From positions 2,072,203 through 2,136,202 of the forward strand of contig JBJBEO010000001.1 of NCBI GenBank assembly GCA_047284725.1: DNA of 64,000 nt, in the 5' to 3' direction. Made by a program: the position numbers and the translations under genes. Every line of letters begins with the position of its first letter. The first letter of the stretch is position 1. Under the pieces are notes generated by a model that saw only the letters and a program-made list of their open reading frames with translations, ran no database searches and had not been told where the DNA came from. This document shows positions 23,046 to 31,899 of the stretch, piece after piece. Origin of the DNA: Synechococcus sp. (lineage in GTDB: Bacteria; Cyanobacteriota; Cyanobacteriia; PCC-6307; Cyanobiaceae).

Positions 23046-23232
23046 CGAGTCGTTCCTCGAGGGACGGGATCGAGGTGGTGGGCCACCCCTCCGACGAACA
23101 GGGTTCATCGGGGCCCCGGGCACAGCTCCGCAAAGCGTCGCCGACCCGGGCGCCAGTGGTTTTCAGAAGCCGAAACCCCTGACTCTCACTGGAGCATTGG
23201 GCCCCAAAGAGGGGACCGCTGGCGGAAGCATA
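23046..23232 (-). promoter_or_regulatory. psaAB promoter and long structured 5' leader (probable psaA RNA motif)
   Basis: -10-like TATGCT on the minus strand at 23227-23232; about 175 nt GC-rich leader; a conserved psaA 5'-UTR RNA motif is known in cyanobacteria. Confidence 0.55.
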
Positions 23233-23461
23233 GAGGCGGAAAGCGACCCAAAGCCCCAGTGAGTTACAAAGGTTCAATCCATCGGCGCCCCAGTCAGGAC
23301 AGGCAGTCTGCGAGAGGCCGACTAACAGCCCGGAAGGGACATTTTGAAAAATTTGCTATCAACAAAATCTCTATTTTCGCCAACTAAATAATACAAATAC
23401 TCCAATCTGGTGGCGAGGTTGATGGGTTGTTCAGAATGGCCTCAATCCGCTCTCCGTCTCC

Positions 23462-24841
23462 ATGCCCCCCCTGGCGAGACGCCATGCCATCGCCGCCTTG
23501 ATCGGTGTGCTGATCCTTTGGTTCGGTGCCGCGCCCAGCCAAGCCCTGGATCTCCCTGGCCTGCCATGGGGGACTCGTGCCACCTCTGGCAACAACAGCG
23601 CCGTGGCTGTGGAAGGACCAAACGGACGACTTCAAGAAGTGGCAGCCCCTGGAGGCGTGCAGCAACTGCGCAACGGTCTTGCTCGCCGCCAGCCCTTGGT
23701 GCAATTGCAAAGCCCGAACGACGGCAGCATCCTCGGCCCCTCCGACACCAGCCTGACGGTGTCGATCAAGGATTGGCCCCTGGTGGCCGATGACGACCTA
23801 GGCCTTGGCCCCCATCTGGCGCTCCAGATCGATGATCAGCCTCCGCTGCGGTTCACCGACTCCAGCACGACCGTCGATGGCACGGCCACCCTTGAGATTC
23901 CGCTGCCGGCCCTTTCCCCAGGCAGCCATCGCTTCACAGCGTATGCCGCTTACCCATGGGGAGAAGCGGTGAAAAGCCCTGGAGCCAGCCAGCAGTGGCG
24001 CCTGCATCAGCTACAGGCGCTGAAAGGCACCCAACCGGAACGCGATGACCCCTGGCTGGTGATGGTCAGCCCCGCTGAGCTCGGGAGCCACGAGCCGCTA
24101 CTGCTCGACTGGATGGTGTGGAACGCCCCTCTCCAGAACCTTCGCGATGGCGACGGGCGCTGGCGACTTCGACTCACCCTGAATGGCGACAGCTTCCTCG
24201 TGGATCGCCAGGAGGCGATTTGGCTCCGTCAAGGGGGCTCCAACCAACCGAGCACAATGAAGCCGAGTCTCGTGCAGATGGAACTGCTCGATGGCTTAGG
24301 CGACCCCATCAATCCCGCCTTCAACAACCAACTCAGGGCGTTGCCCCCAAGGCCTGCATCCCGCCCCATCTGGCTGCAGGCACAGCTCAGTGAGGCCAAG
24401 ATCTCCCGCCTCCTGGGCGAATCTCAGCCATCAGCCAAGCCAGCCACCGACGTCGTCGGCGCTGATGCGAGCCCACCAGAGCCCTCCTCACCCGTGGCAG
24501 CGGTTCCTCCAACCACCGAGGACACGGAGACCGACCTTGGCATCGGGCATAAAGGCAACAACGCAGCCCCCACCGACATCACCAACAGCACCAACAGCAC
24601 CAACAGCACCAACAGCACCAACAGCACCAACGGTGACGAAGCTGACCACAACGGCAACGCTCCCACCAACGGCACAGGGCTCCACGAGCCTGAGCAAGCA
24701 CAACCAACCCCACCAGAAGCGCCCGAATCCCAAGCCAAGACCCCAGCACCCCTTTTGAATGGCGAGGAACGGCTCACCCCGACCACCAGCCTGAGAGGAT
24801 CGGCCCGGGAACTGCTGAAGCCTGAGGGGCCCAAGCGCTGA
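23462..24841 (+). CDS. Exported hypothetical protein with low-complexity Pro/Thr/Asn-rich tail
   Basis: Signal-peptide-like N-terminus (..SQA), LGLGPHL..PGSH..PWGEAVK core. Confidence 0.8.
   Translation: MPPLARRHAIAALIGVLILWFGAAPSQALDLPGLPWGTRATSGNNSAVAVEGPNGRLQEVAAPGGVQQLRNGLARRQPLVQLQSPNDGSILGPSDTSLTVSIKDWPLVADDDLGLGPHLALQIDDQPPLRFTDSSTTVDGTATLEIPLPALSPGSHRFTAYAAYPWGEAVKSPGASQQWRLHQLQALKGTQPERDDPWLVMVSPAELGSHEPLLLDWMVWNAPLQNLRDGDGRWRLRLTLNGDSFLVDRQEAIWLRQGGSNQPSTMKPSLVQMELLDGLGDPINPAFNNQLRALPPRPASRPIWLQAQLSEAKISRLLGESQPSAKPATDVVGADASPPEPSSPVAAVPPTTEDTETDLGIGHKGNNAAPTDITNSTNSTNSTNSTNSTNGDEADHNGNAPTNGTGLHEPEQAQPTPPEAPESQAKTPAPLLNGEERLTPTTSLRGSARELLKPEGPKR
24581..24631 (+). repeat. In-frame 9-bp tandem repeat (ACCAACAGC)x5 plus partial copy, encoding (TNS)n
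   Basis: Five perfect copies at 24581-24625 followed by ACCAAC. Confidence 0.95.
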
Positions 24842-24874
24842 TCAGCCAGCACCAACGTTCAGACCGCCGCACCC

Positions 24875-26752
24875 TTGTCCCTGTTGTCTGTCTCTACCGC
24901 TGTGGCTCAACGCCCGTGTTTTGCCCTCGGGCTGTCCAGCAATGCGCTTCCACTGCTTCAACGCCTGCAGACCGCTGGCCTGGCGCAGACCATTGCACTC
25001 ACCACCAAGGCAGCGGAGACAGCTGCTGCCACCGACGTCACGCTGCTGCGAGGCTCTGCATCGGATCTCCTGCGAGAGCACTGGGAGGGGACTGTGCTGG
25101 TGGTGGGGGCCCTCGGGGCCGTCACCCGTCTGATTGCCCCCTTGATGCGGTCGAAGCGCACCGACCCGGCCGTCCTGGTGCTCGACGCTGATGGACATCT
25201 GGTGGTCCCCCTGCTGGGCGGACATCAGGCCGGAGCGGAAGCCCTGGCGCATCAACTTGCGGCGAACCTGGGAGGCCGAGCGGTTTTCACCGGCGACTGT
25301 GCCAGCCAGAAGCGGCTTGCCCTCGACGCCTTTGGCTGCGATTGGGGATGGAAGGCAAGCGGCAACGCAGAGGCCTGGAAACAACTGATGGTCTCCCAGG
25401 CCCAAGGTCATGCTCTGCAACTGACACAGGATTGCGGAACGCAGCTCTGGCAACAGAGCACAGCCGCCAAAGCCCTTGTGCTGGCGGATTCAGGCAACCG
25501 TCCCGATACAGCACAGACACCGACTCGACTGACCATCACCGCTGAGCGCAATCCAAGCCCCACCACGACCTGTTGCTGGCACCCCCCGGTGCTGTGGCTG
25601 GGCATCGGATGCGAACGCGACACAAGCCTCCAGCTGATTGAACGGGCCATTGCCACAGCTCTCCACGAAGCCGGACTCGCCAAAGAGGCCGTGGCGGGGC
25701 TGAGCACAATCGACCGCAAAGGCGACGAACCGGCCTTGCTGGCCCTGGCCAAACAGGAGGGCTGGCCGCTGCGGTTGCACGACGCTGCCAGCCTGGCCAG
25801 CGTGGATGTTCCCACCCCCTCCAGCGTGGTGGCAGCAGAAATGGGAACAGCGTCAGTGGCCGAAGCAGCGGCACTGCTTGCCTCGGGCGCGGAAGGCCGG
25901 TTACGGGTTCCCAAGCGCATCGAGCGTTCCGAAGGAAAACACGAACGGGGGGCCGCCACTGTGGCCATCGCTGAATCCCCTCTGCCGAGCGCAGCCCAGC
26001 ACGGCGAACTGCACCTGATTGGAAGTGGGCCGGGCGACCTGGCCCTTCTCACCCCCGATGCCCGTCAGGCCCTCAGTCGATGCGTGGCCTGGGTGGGCTA
26101 CGGGCTCTACCTCGATCTACTCGAACCCCTGCGCCGCGCTGACCAGGCCCGTGTCGATGGACAGCTCACGATGGAATGGGAACGCTGCGCCGAAGCGCTG
26201 CGGCTGGCCCAACAAGGCACCAAAGTGGCTTTGGTGTCGTCGGGCGACAGCGGCATTTACGCCATGGCGGGACTGGCTCTTGAACTCTGGCTCCAACAAG
26301 CGGAACACTGCCGACCGCTCTTCCATGTGCATCCCGGCATCTCAGCTTTGCAGCTAGCAGCGGCCAGAGCTGGGGCTCCACTGATGCACGATTTCTGCAC
26401 TGTGAGCCTGAGTGACCGGCTGACGCCCTGGGAGGTGATTGAACAGCGGCTGCAAGCTGCAGCAGCTGGTGACTTCGTGGTGGCCCTTTACAACCCGCGC
26501 TCCAAAGGACGCGACTGGCAACTGGCCCGAGCTGTGGAGCTACTGCGAAACGAACGCCAAGCCGCCACTCCTGTGGTGCTGGCCAGACAATTGGGACGGA
26601 GGGAAGAAACGATCAAACACACAACACTGGAGAGCCTGAATCCGTCTGATGTCGACATGCTCACCGTGGTACTGATCGGGAACAGCACCACTTATGTCAA
26701 AGACGGAAAGATGGTCACCCCTCGGGGATATCCAGGCGCCAGCCTGGGATGA
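24875..26752 (+). CDS. cobJ: CbiG-CobJ/CbiH fusion (precorrin-3B C17-methyltransferase)
   Basis: CbiG motifs (DPAVLVLD..GGHQAGA, GIGCER, SVAEAAA) plus methyltransferase motifs (GSGPG, SSGDSGIY, HDFCTVSLSD, TPRGY). Confidence 0.93.
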   Translation: MSLLSVSTAVAQRPCFALGLSSNALPLLQRLQTAGLAQTIALTTKAAETAAATDVTLLRGSASDLLREHWEGTVLVVGALGAVTRLIAPLMRSKRTDPAVLVLDADGHLVVPLLGGHQAGAEALAHQLAANLGGRAVFTGDCASQKRLALDAFGCDWGWKASGNAEAWKQLMVSQAQGHALQLTQDCGTQLWQQSTAAKALVLADSGNRPDTAQTPTRLTITAERNPSPTTTCCWHPPVLWLGIGCERDTSLQLIERAIATALHEAGLAKEAVAGLSTIDRKGDEPALLALAKQEGWPLRLHDAASLASVDVPTPSSVVAAEMGTASVAEAAALLASGAEGRLRVPKRIERSEGKHERGAATVAIAESPLPSAAQHGELHLIGSGPGDLALLTPDARQALSRCVAWVGYGLYLDLLEPLRRADQARVDGQLTMEWERCAEALRLAQQGTKVALVSSGDSGIYAMAGLALELWLQQAEHCRPLFHVHPGISALQLAAARAGAPLMHDFCTVSLSDRLTPWEVIEQRLQAAAAGDFVVALYNPRSKGRDWQLARAVELLRNERQAATPVVLARQLGRREETIKHTTLESLNPSDVDMLTVVLIGNSTTYVKDGKMVTPRGYPGASLG

Positions 26753-26904
26753 TCAGGCCCTGAAGCTCCGACCAACAACTCGTCATCATTGATCAAACCA
26801 AGTGGGACGGATCCAGACATCACCGATCTCAGCAGAGTCAAGCCAGAAGCATCACACAATGCGTGAGCCGGTCAAGCGATAGATGCAAACTCCAACGAAT
26901 CACC

Positions 26905-28383
26905 TCAACGCGTCAACTTTCTGATCATGCGATGAACAATTCGACCTGGGTGCAATGACCAGAAAGACGTCTCTTGTCCTTTCTGATTGATCGGATCCGC
27001 CAAGGATTTTTGAGTAGAAAACAATCCCAAAACGGCCTCAAAGGACAGAGGGCGATAAAAATAAAAGCCTTGAGCTAAGAGAACACCCATGTCTTTGGCG
27101 AATGACAGCTGAGCCGATGTCTCGATCCCCTCTGCAACAACCTTCATACCGCTTTGAACCAGCGACGCAACAATACCCTTCAGAATCAGCTCCTTCTGAG
27201 CATCAAGCTCACCCGCAAAAGCGACAAAAAAACGATCCAGTTTAACCGTATTAATATCGGTTTCCAAGAGACGCTTCAAAGAGGAATAACCGATCCCAAA
27301 ATCGTCAATGGCAACGACAGCCCCCAAGCCTTTAAGCCGTGCAATAAATTCATCCATGTCTGCATTGGAAATTGTCACCTCTTGCTCAAGAATTTCAAAT
27401 TGAAACGATATATCAGGACACGTCGAAGCGACTCGAGAAACTGAATCAATGATTTTCTCCCTTGCCACAGGCGAGTTAAACGTTGCTCCGGAAATATTAA
27501 TACTGAAAACAAAATGTTTTAAATTAATGGAGTTTTTCATTACAAGCAGATCAGAGACTCCTCTTTCGAGAACGGTAAGATCAAACGTCTCAACCAACGC
27601 GTACTTCTGAAAGACCGGCAGAAACCTATTTGGAGAGTGCAAAACGCCATTAGCCTTGATGCGCGCTAACACCTCAAAACCGACAATCTGATTCGTTTGC
27701 AAATTGACGATCGGCTGGTAATGGGGCTCAACAAGGGAACGAGACAACTGATCAATGAATATTTTTTCAAAGTCGGCTTCGACATCAGGCTCTATCAAGG
27801 AATGAATTCCTTGAGCACTGAAAGAAGAAACAAGATAGCGATGGCCAAAATCTTTTTTAAACTCTTGATCACTACTCAAGAGCGCGTCCATCAGTAAAAT
27901 CGGATTGGATGGAAATCTCGCCAGATCCGCATCATAAAGCCCAAGAACATCAAGCTTAAGCAAGATATCTGAGCCACCAGAACCAAGATCATCGCCCGAG
28001 GAGGTGAGATCGCGATTTGAATTAATTTTGATACACTCTAACGAGGAATCTACAAGGTCCTCAAGGAGCCTTGAAGTATTGACGGGTCCAATATCCCTCA
28101 GCTGTTGGATTAAGACCAAAAAATCAGAACCATTAATATCATAAAACTTACTTCTCTTAGGAAGAACTCCTATCAACAAACGCAGGAAATTGGCTTTTTT
28201 CCGAACACTTGCTTCGGACTCAGTTTTCCCTTCACCCAAGCGACCGAGCAACCTGTAATGAATATAGATATAATTGATATTGAAATCTTGACTAATCAGG
28301 CAATCTTCTGCAAAAGCTAGGCTCGTATAGTCAATTTCTTGACTCTCGCAATAAGACGCAAGCCAATCTAGAGAATAAATCAT
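26905..28383 (-). CDS. EAL-domain c-di-GMP phosphodiesterase with probable degenerate GGDEF-like N-terminus
   Basis: YQPIV, FEVLAR, SINIS, FEILE, DDFGIGYSS, VKLDR, VAEGIET, AQGFYF; ATG 7 nt after the upstream stop. Confidence 0.92.
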   Translation of the reverse strand: MIYSLDWLASYCESQEIDYTSLAFAEDCLISQDFNINYIYIHYRLLGRLGEGKTESEASVRKKANFLRLLIGVLPKRSKFYDINGSDFLVLIQQLRDIGPVNTSRLLEDLVDSSLECIKINSNRDLTSSGDDLGSGGSDILLKLDVLGLYDADLARFPSNPILLMDALLSSDQEFKKDFGHRYLVSSFSAQGIHSLIEPDVEADFEKIFIDQLSRSLVEPHYQPIVNLQTNQIVGFEVLARIKANGVLHSPNRFLPVFQKYALVETFDLTVLERGVSDLLVMKNSINLKHFVFSINISGATFNSPVAREKIIDSVSRVASTCPDISFQFEILEQEVTISNADMDEFIARLKGLGAVVAIDDFGIGYSSLKRLLETDINTVKLDRFFVAFAGELDAQKELILKGIVASLVQSGMKVVAEGIETSAQLSFAKDMGVLLAQGFYFYRPLSFEAVLGLFSTQKSLADPINQKGQETSFWSLHPGRIVHRMIRKLTR

Positions 28384-28390
28384 TTTAGCA

Positions 28391-29572
28391 TCAAGCACCA
28401 GTGACCTTGTTTTTACCTTTGAACTTACTTTTATACAAGAACTCATCAGCGCTGCGCATCAGCACCTCGAGACTGTAACCTGACTTAGACGTACTCGAAA
28501 AACCGGCACTAATCGTGATACGGACTGGCTGATCGCTCTTATTAAAGTGGTACATCTCAATCTGATGCCTTAAACGATTCAGCAAATTAACCGCATCCTT
28601 AGCAGTCGCTCTATATAAGATGGCAAATTCCTCTCCGCCATAGCGCGATGAGCAATCAAAATAATCCCTTGTATTACTTTTAATGATAGCACCAACCTCG
28701 GAGAGAACAACATCTCCAACACCATGGCCATAGGTGTCATTGATTCTCTTGAAGTCGTCAATATCTAAAATACAAAGACAAAAATGGTCACTCGCTTCTT
28801 GAGCCCGTAAAAGCTTTAACTTGCAAATCTCAACGAAAAGCTTTCGATCCATAAGTTGAGTCAAGCCGTCAGTTTGAAGACCTGTAAAAAGAGAAGGGAG
28901 AATCTTATAGTTGAAAAACAGATAAATTGGGAGGTAAGCAAAGAATAGTGCTACAACAGCGATGGCAAACTCAAGGAAGAATTGATTAGACAAACCATCG
29001 TAAAATCCGCTCATTGAATACGTGTAGGCAAGCGTGTATCTATCAGGCTTGCTTTGGCCTTGTCTTAGCATTTGCCTCGGCACAATCTCTCGAGAAAAAG
29101 TGACGAACTTTCCAAGCTTGTTATGATTATTTAATTCAGCCTGTGTGCATCGACGAGCCTCAAAACAAGAGGCAAGCCTTCGAAACTGTGCATTGCTTAG
29201 CTGAGGAACCAGCAATGATTGGGAGTAAATTGGTTGATTGAGCCATAAAGGGACCGACGAATAAACAATTGTACCGTCAGCATCAGCGACAATGATTGAT
29301 GTATGATCACTAAATAACAATTTCTTGTCACGTTTTGCCAGCAAAATATGGGCATCTATGTGCGAAGCCAAAGAGGAGAGTGAATGGCCTGAATCCAGGT
29401 GACTTTCCACAAGACTTACATACTCATTGGCCTTTGAATTTTGATCTTTAACTTCAGATTCAAATGCATCCATGGTTTGATATATAGCCGCAAGCAAACT
29501 TATAAACAGTGTTGAACACGCAAAGAAGATCTTTGATTGCTTTTGAATTCTACGCTTGGTAGGCCTCCTCAT
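28391..29572 (-). CDS. Membrane-bound diguanylate cyclase (2 TM, Cache-like sensor, GGEEF)
   Basis: TDGLTQL, DIDDFKRINDTYGHGVGD, RYGGEEF, TISAG, AD..LY.SK..GKN. Confidence 0.93.
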   Translation of the reverse strand: MRRPTKRRIQKQSKIFFACSTLFISLLAAIYQTMDAFESEVKDQNSKANEYVSLVESHLDSGHSLSSLASHIDAHILLAKRDKKLLFSDHTSIIVADADGTIVYSSVPLWLNQPIYSQSLLVPQLSNAQFRRLASCFEARRCTQAELNNHNKLGKFVTFSREIVPRQMLRQGQSKPDRYTLAYTYSMSGFYDGLSNQFFLEFAIAVVALFFAYLPIYLFFNYKILPSLFTGLQTDGLTQLMDRKLFVEICKLKLLRAQEASDHFCLCILDIDDFKRINDTYGHGVGDVVLSEVGAIIKSNTRDYFDCSSRYGGEEFAILYRATAKDAVNLLNRLRHQIEMYHFNKSDQPVRITISAGFSSTSKSGYSLEVLMRSADEFLYKSKFKGKNKVTGA

Positions 29573-29576
29573 TGGT

Positions 29577-30728
29577 TCACGAGTCAGCTAAAGATTGATT
29601 GGCCAAATAATAGGAGAGCTTCGTTCTACTTGAATTAGAAAAGATCGGAATTAACACAAGATTGTTTTTGAATTGAGTTCCGTCGGATCGGTAGTTAGTT
29701 ATGACGCACTGGAACCTTTTTCCTTTGGCAATGGCATCCTTGATTTCCGCCTTAATAGATACTTCAGTGTCAGGACCTTGCAAAAATCTACAATTTTTTC
29801 CCAATACAAACTCACGGGTGTAACCAGTGAGCTCAGTAAAAGCCTGGTTGGCGTAGATTGTAGGTTGGCCATCGGCCGTCATATCAGATATCGTGATACC
29901 AACGGATGATCTCTCAATAGCTTCTTTGAAAATCTCGGAATCGTCCAATATTTTTGTGACATCAGAGATGTTTTTAATTTCATCATCAAGGCTATGCTTC
30001 AAGTTTCTTATAATATTATTGTTTTTGATGTATACATTGCGCGAATAGAATAAACCTACAATGCCAACAACTGATGACATCAAGGCCGTGTAGTAAATTG
30101 GATTCATATATTCAACCTCTAAAGACTCCAAGCTCTTAACGCTCACCTCTTGTATACCTCGAAGATCACCAACCTTCCAATTTTTCTTGGGAGAATCAGG
30201 ATGAGCATTATGACAGGTGACACACGACTCTTTCATTCTCACAGGCGTTGCAAGCCTGAAAATTTCGTCTTGACCTATTTGACTGTACTTTTCGTAAAAT
30301 CGAAGCGTTGGATCCTTTTCAAAAACTTGAATGGAGTCTTGCTGAAAAGCATCGAGAGCTCTTTCCTCTTTACGGTTATTAAAAGGATATTTAGACGTAA
30401 AGGCATAATTGATTCTTCCATCTGAGTGTGTGGCATCAAAAATAGCGCCCAACTCGATGGAAAGCGTTGCAGGAATTGGAATCCCGCCCTTGAAGTCATG
30501 GTAGCGCTCAGAAAGCACAACTTTTCCCTCACCCTCTTGAACATTAGAGACGATATTTTGTGAATAATAGGCCCTGATATTGTCGACCAAAGAAGCAATC
30601 TCTACTGCCTCATTTTTCATTCTGGTTTTCGCTGCATCACGAAGACCAGTCGTAAACAGTAAAGGCAAAAGCAATCCCAAAAGAATTGAAGCAGCCAGAA
30701 AAATATTGAGAACTCGTTTAGCGCGCAC
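29577..30728 (-). CDS. Membrane sensor: c-type heme (DUF3365/Tll0287-like) domain plus LOV domain, no output domain
   Basis: TM helix; GGIPIPATLSIELG...CVTCHNAHPDSPK..WKVGDLRG; TM helix; coiled linker; YANQAF..LTGY..GKNCRFLQG..NYRSDG..F.N..Q. Confidence 0.9.
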   Translation of the reverse strand: MRAKRVLNIFLAASILLGLLLPLLFTTGLRDAAKTRMKNEAVEIASLVDNIRAYYSQNIVSNVQEGEGKVVLSERYHDFKGGIPIPATLSIELGAIFDATHSDGRINYAFTSKYPFNNRKEERALDAFQQDSIQVFEKDPTLRFYEKYSQIGQDEIFRLATPVRMKESCVTCHNAHPDSPKKNWKVGDLRGIQEVSVKSLESLEVEYMNPIYYTALMSSVVGIVGLFYSRNVYIKNNNIIRNLKHSLDDEIKNISDVTKILDDSEIFKEAIERSSVGITISDMTADGQPTIYANQAFTELTGYTREFVLGKNCRFLQGPDTEVSIKAEIKDAIAKGKRFQCVITNYRSDGTQFKNNLVLIPIFSNSSRTKLSYYLANQSLADS

Positions 30729-31807
30729 TGGAGCCTAGATGCTCTCTTTATGCTAGTAACGATTGACGCAAAAGACAAGGACAAGCAGGGAGCTTGCTCG
30801 TCTCTTCATATCCTTAGGAGACTAACAGCGCAGCGCTCATCGATTGATTGCATTGCGTACCGATCAAGCCAACCGACCTACCCTCCGGGCTGTATTTTCT
30901 TCAGCAACCTTGATTCAAGGGGGAAAAGGCATCAAGCAAAGGACAATCCTGATCGATTAATTCATCTTCCGAAAAGAATGATGCAATAACTGTTGTGTAT
31001 AAGAGAAAAAATATGTGCGATTCTTCGATCCATTCTGGGTCCACTCCTCGATCAATAGAGCCACCGGACATGGTCTTTCCATACCCAATAAGTGCCTAGA
31101 AACCGATCGCGGTCCAAGGATCATGCTGAAGACAAAAACTCTCATGCTGCCATCCACTAAATCCTAGAACTACCCGGCAATCACAACATTGATGTGCCAA
31201 GAGCATGAAGAAATCCAGTCACAATCGGATGATCTACCTCACAAGAGCCGCAACACAATGAGGCGAAGAACTCCTCATTGCGCACCATCGACTGACGTCA
31301 ACCAGCCATTGGAAGCTGGAAGGAAATCGCAGGAGTGGGCATGGCATTCTGCCTAAAACAGGCAGAACATTTCCGTCTCTTCAATCATTTGCCCGTCAAA
31401 AACTCTCATGGTTTGACCCACACTTTTCAGATGACCGACACATATAAAAATCGAAGGACAGTTTCCAGTGGGCTTTTCCAAAAGCCAATGCCAGCAATGA
31501 ATAAGCTTCTTTTCCAGGGTGCCCGCACTATCCAACCACTGCCAATCAATGAAGACATAGCACCATGATCCCTGCCTGGCGAGCATCCAAGTGATCCACA
31601 GGATCAATCACCATTGTGGCGACATCAACAGGACAAAGCATTCGCTTCAGCGATGCACGCCATGGCTGAAAACCAAAACCCATCCCCCTGTTTGGGCACT
31701 GGGCCAGTCCCCTTGTCGCTGGTGCCAGGCAATCTTTCAAGCGATCACGTGCCCACAAACGGGGCACTGCAACGCAGCAGCAACAGAGAATCTTGATGGA
31801 GATTGAG

Positions 31808-31881
31808 TCGGGATGACAGGATTCGAACCTGCGGCCCCTTCGTCCCGAACGAAGTGCGCTACCAAGCTGCGCTACATCCCG
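31808..31881 (-). tRNA. tRNA-Pro(CGG)
   Basis: Reverse complement CGGGATGTAGCGCAGCTTGGTAGCGC...ttCGGga...GGTTCGAATCCTGTCATCCCGA. Confidence 0.97.
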
Positions 31882-31899
31882 ATCGGTAGACTTTAATCG

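Larger units (their letters stand above)
26800..31807. mobile_element. AT-rich genomic islet at the 3' end of tRNA-Pro (no integrase seen; boundaries approximate)
   Basis: Sampled 60-nt lines are 33% and 47% GC versus 65% in flanking cobJ; abuts the tRNA 3' end. Confidence 0.7.

Noticed and set aside
24581..24631. Tandem repeat as a CRISPR array
   Set aside because: 9-bp head-to-tail units without spacers, in frame within a CDS; no cas genes in the window
26746..26757. GGGATGATCAGG at the cobJ stop as an att-site copy of the tRNA-Pro 3' end (GGGATGACAGG)
   Set aside because: Only 7+4 nt with an indel, and it overlaps a core gene's stop codon; too short to distinguish from chance
28384..28446. 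N-terminal extensions in the ORF track (EAL gene here; also adk, rpsM, truA, rplM, prfA, psaA, rpsL, dapL, psbA)
   Set aside because: They overlap upstream genes or leaders; for the core genes the downstream starts match known N-termini, and the EAL ATG follows the upstream stop by 7 nt
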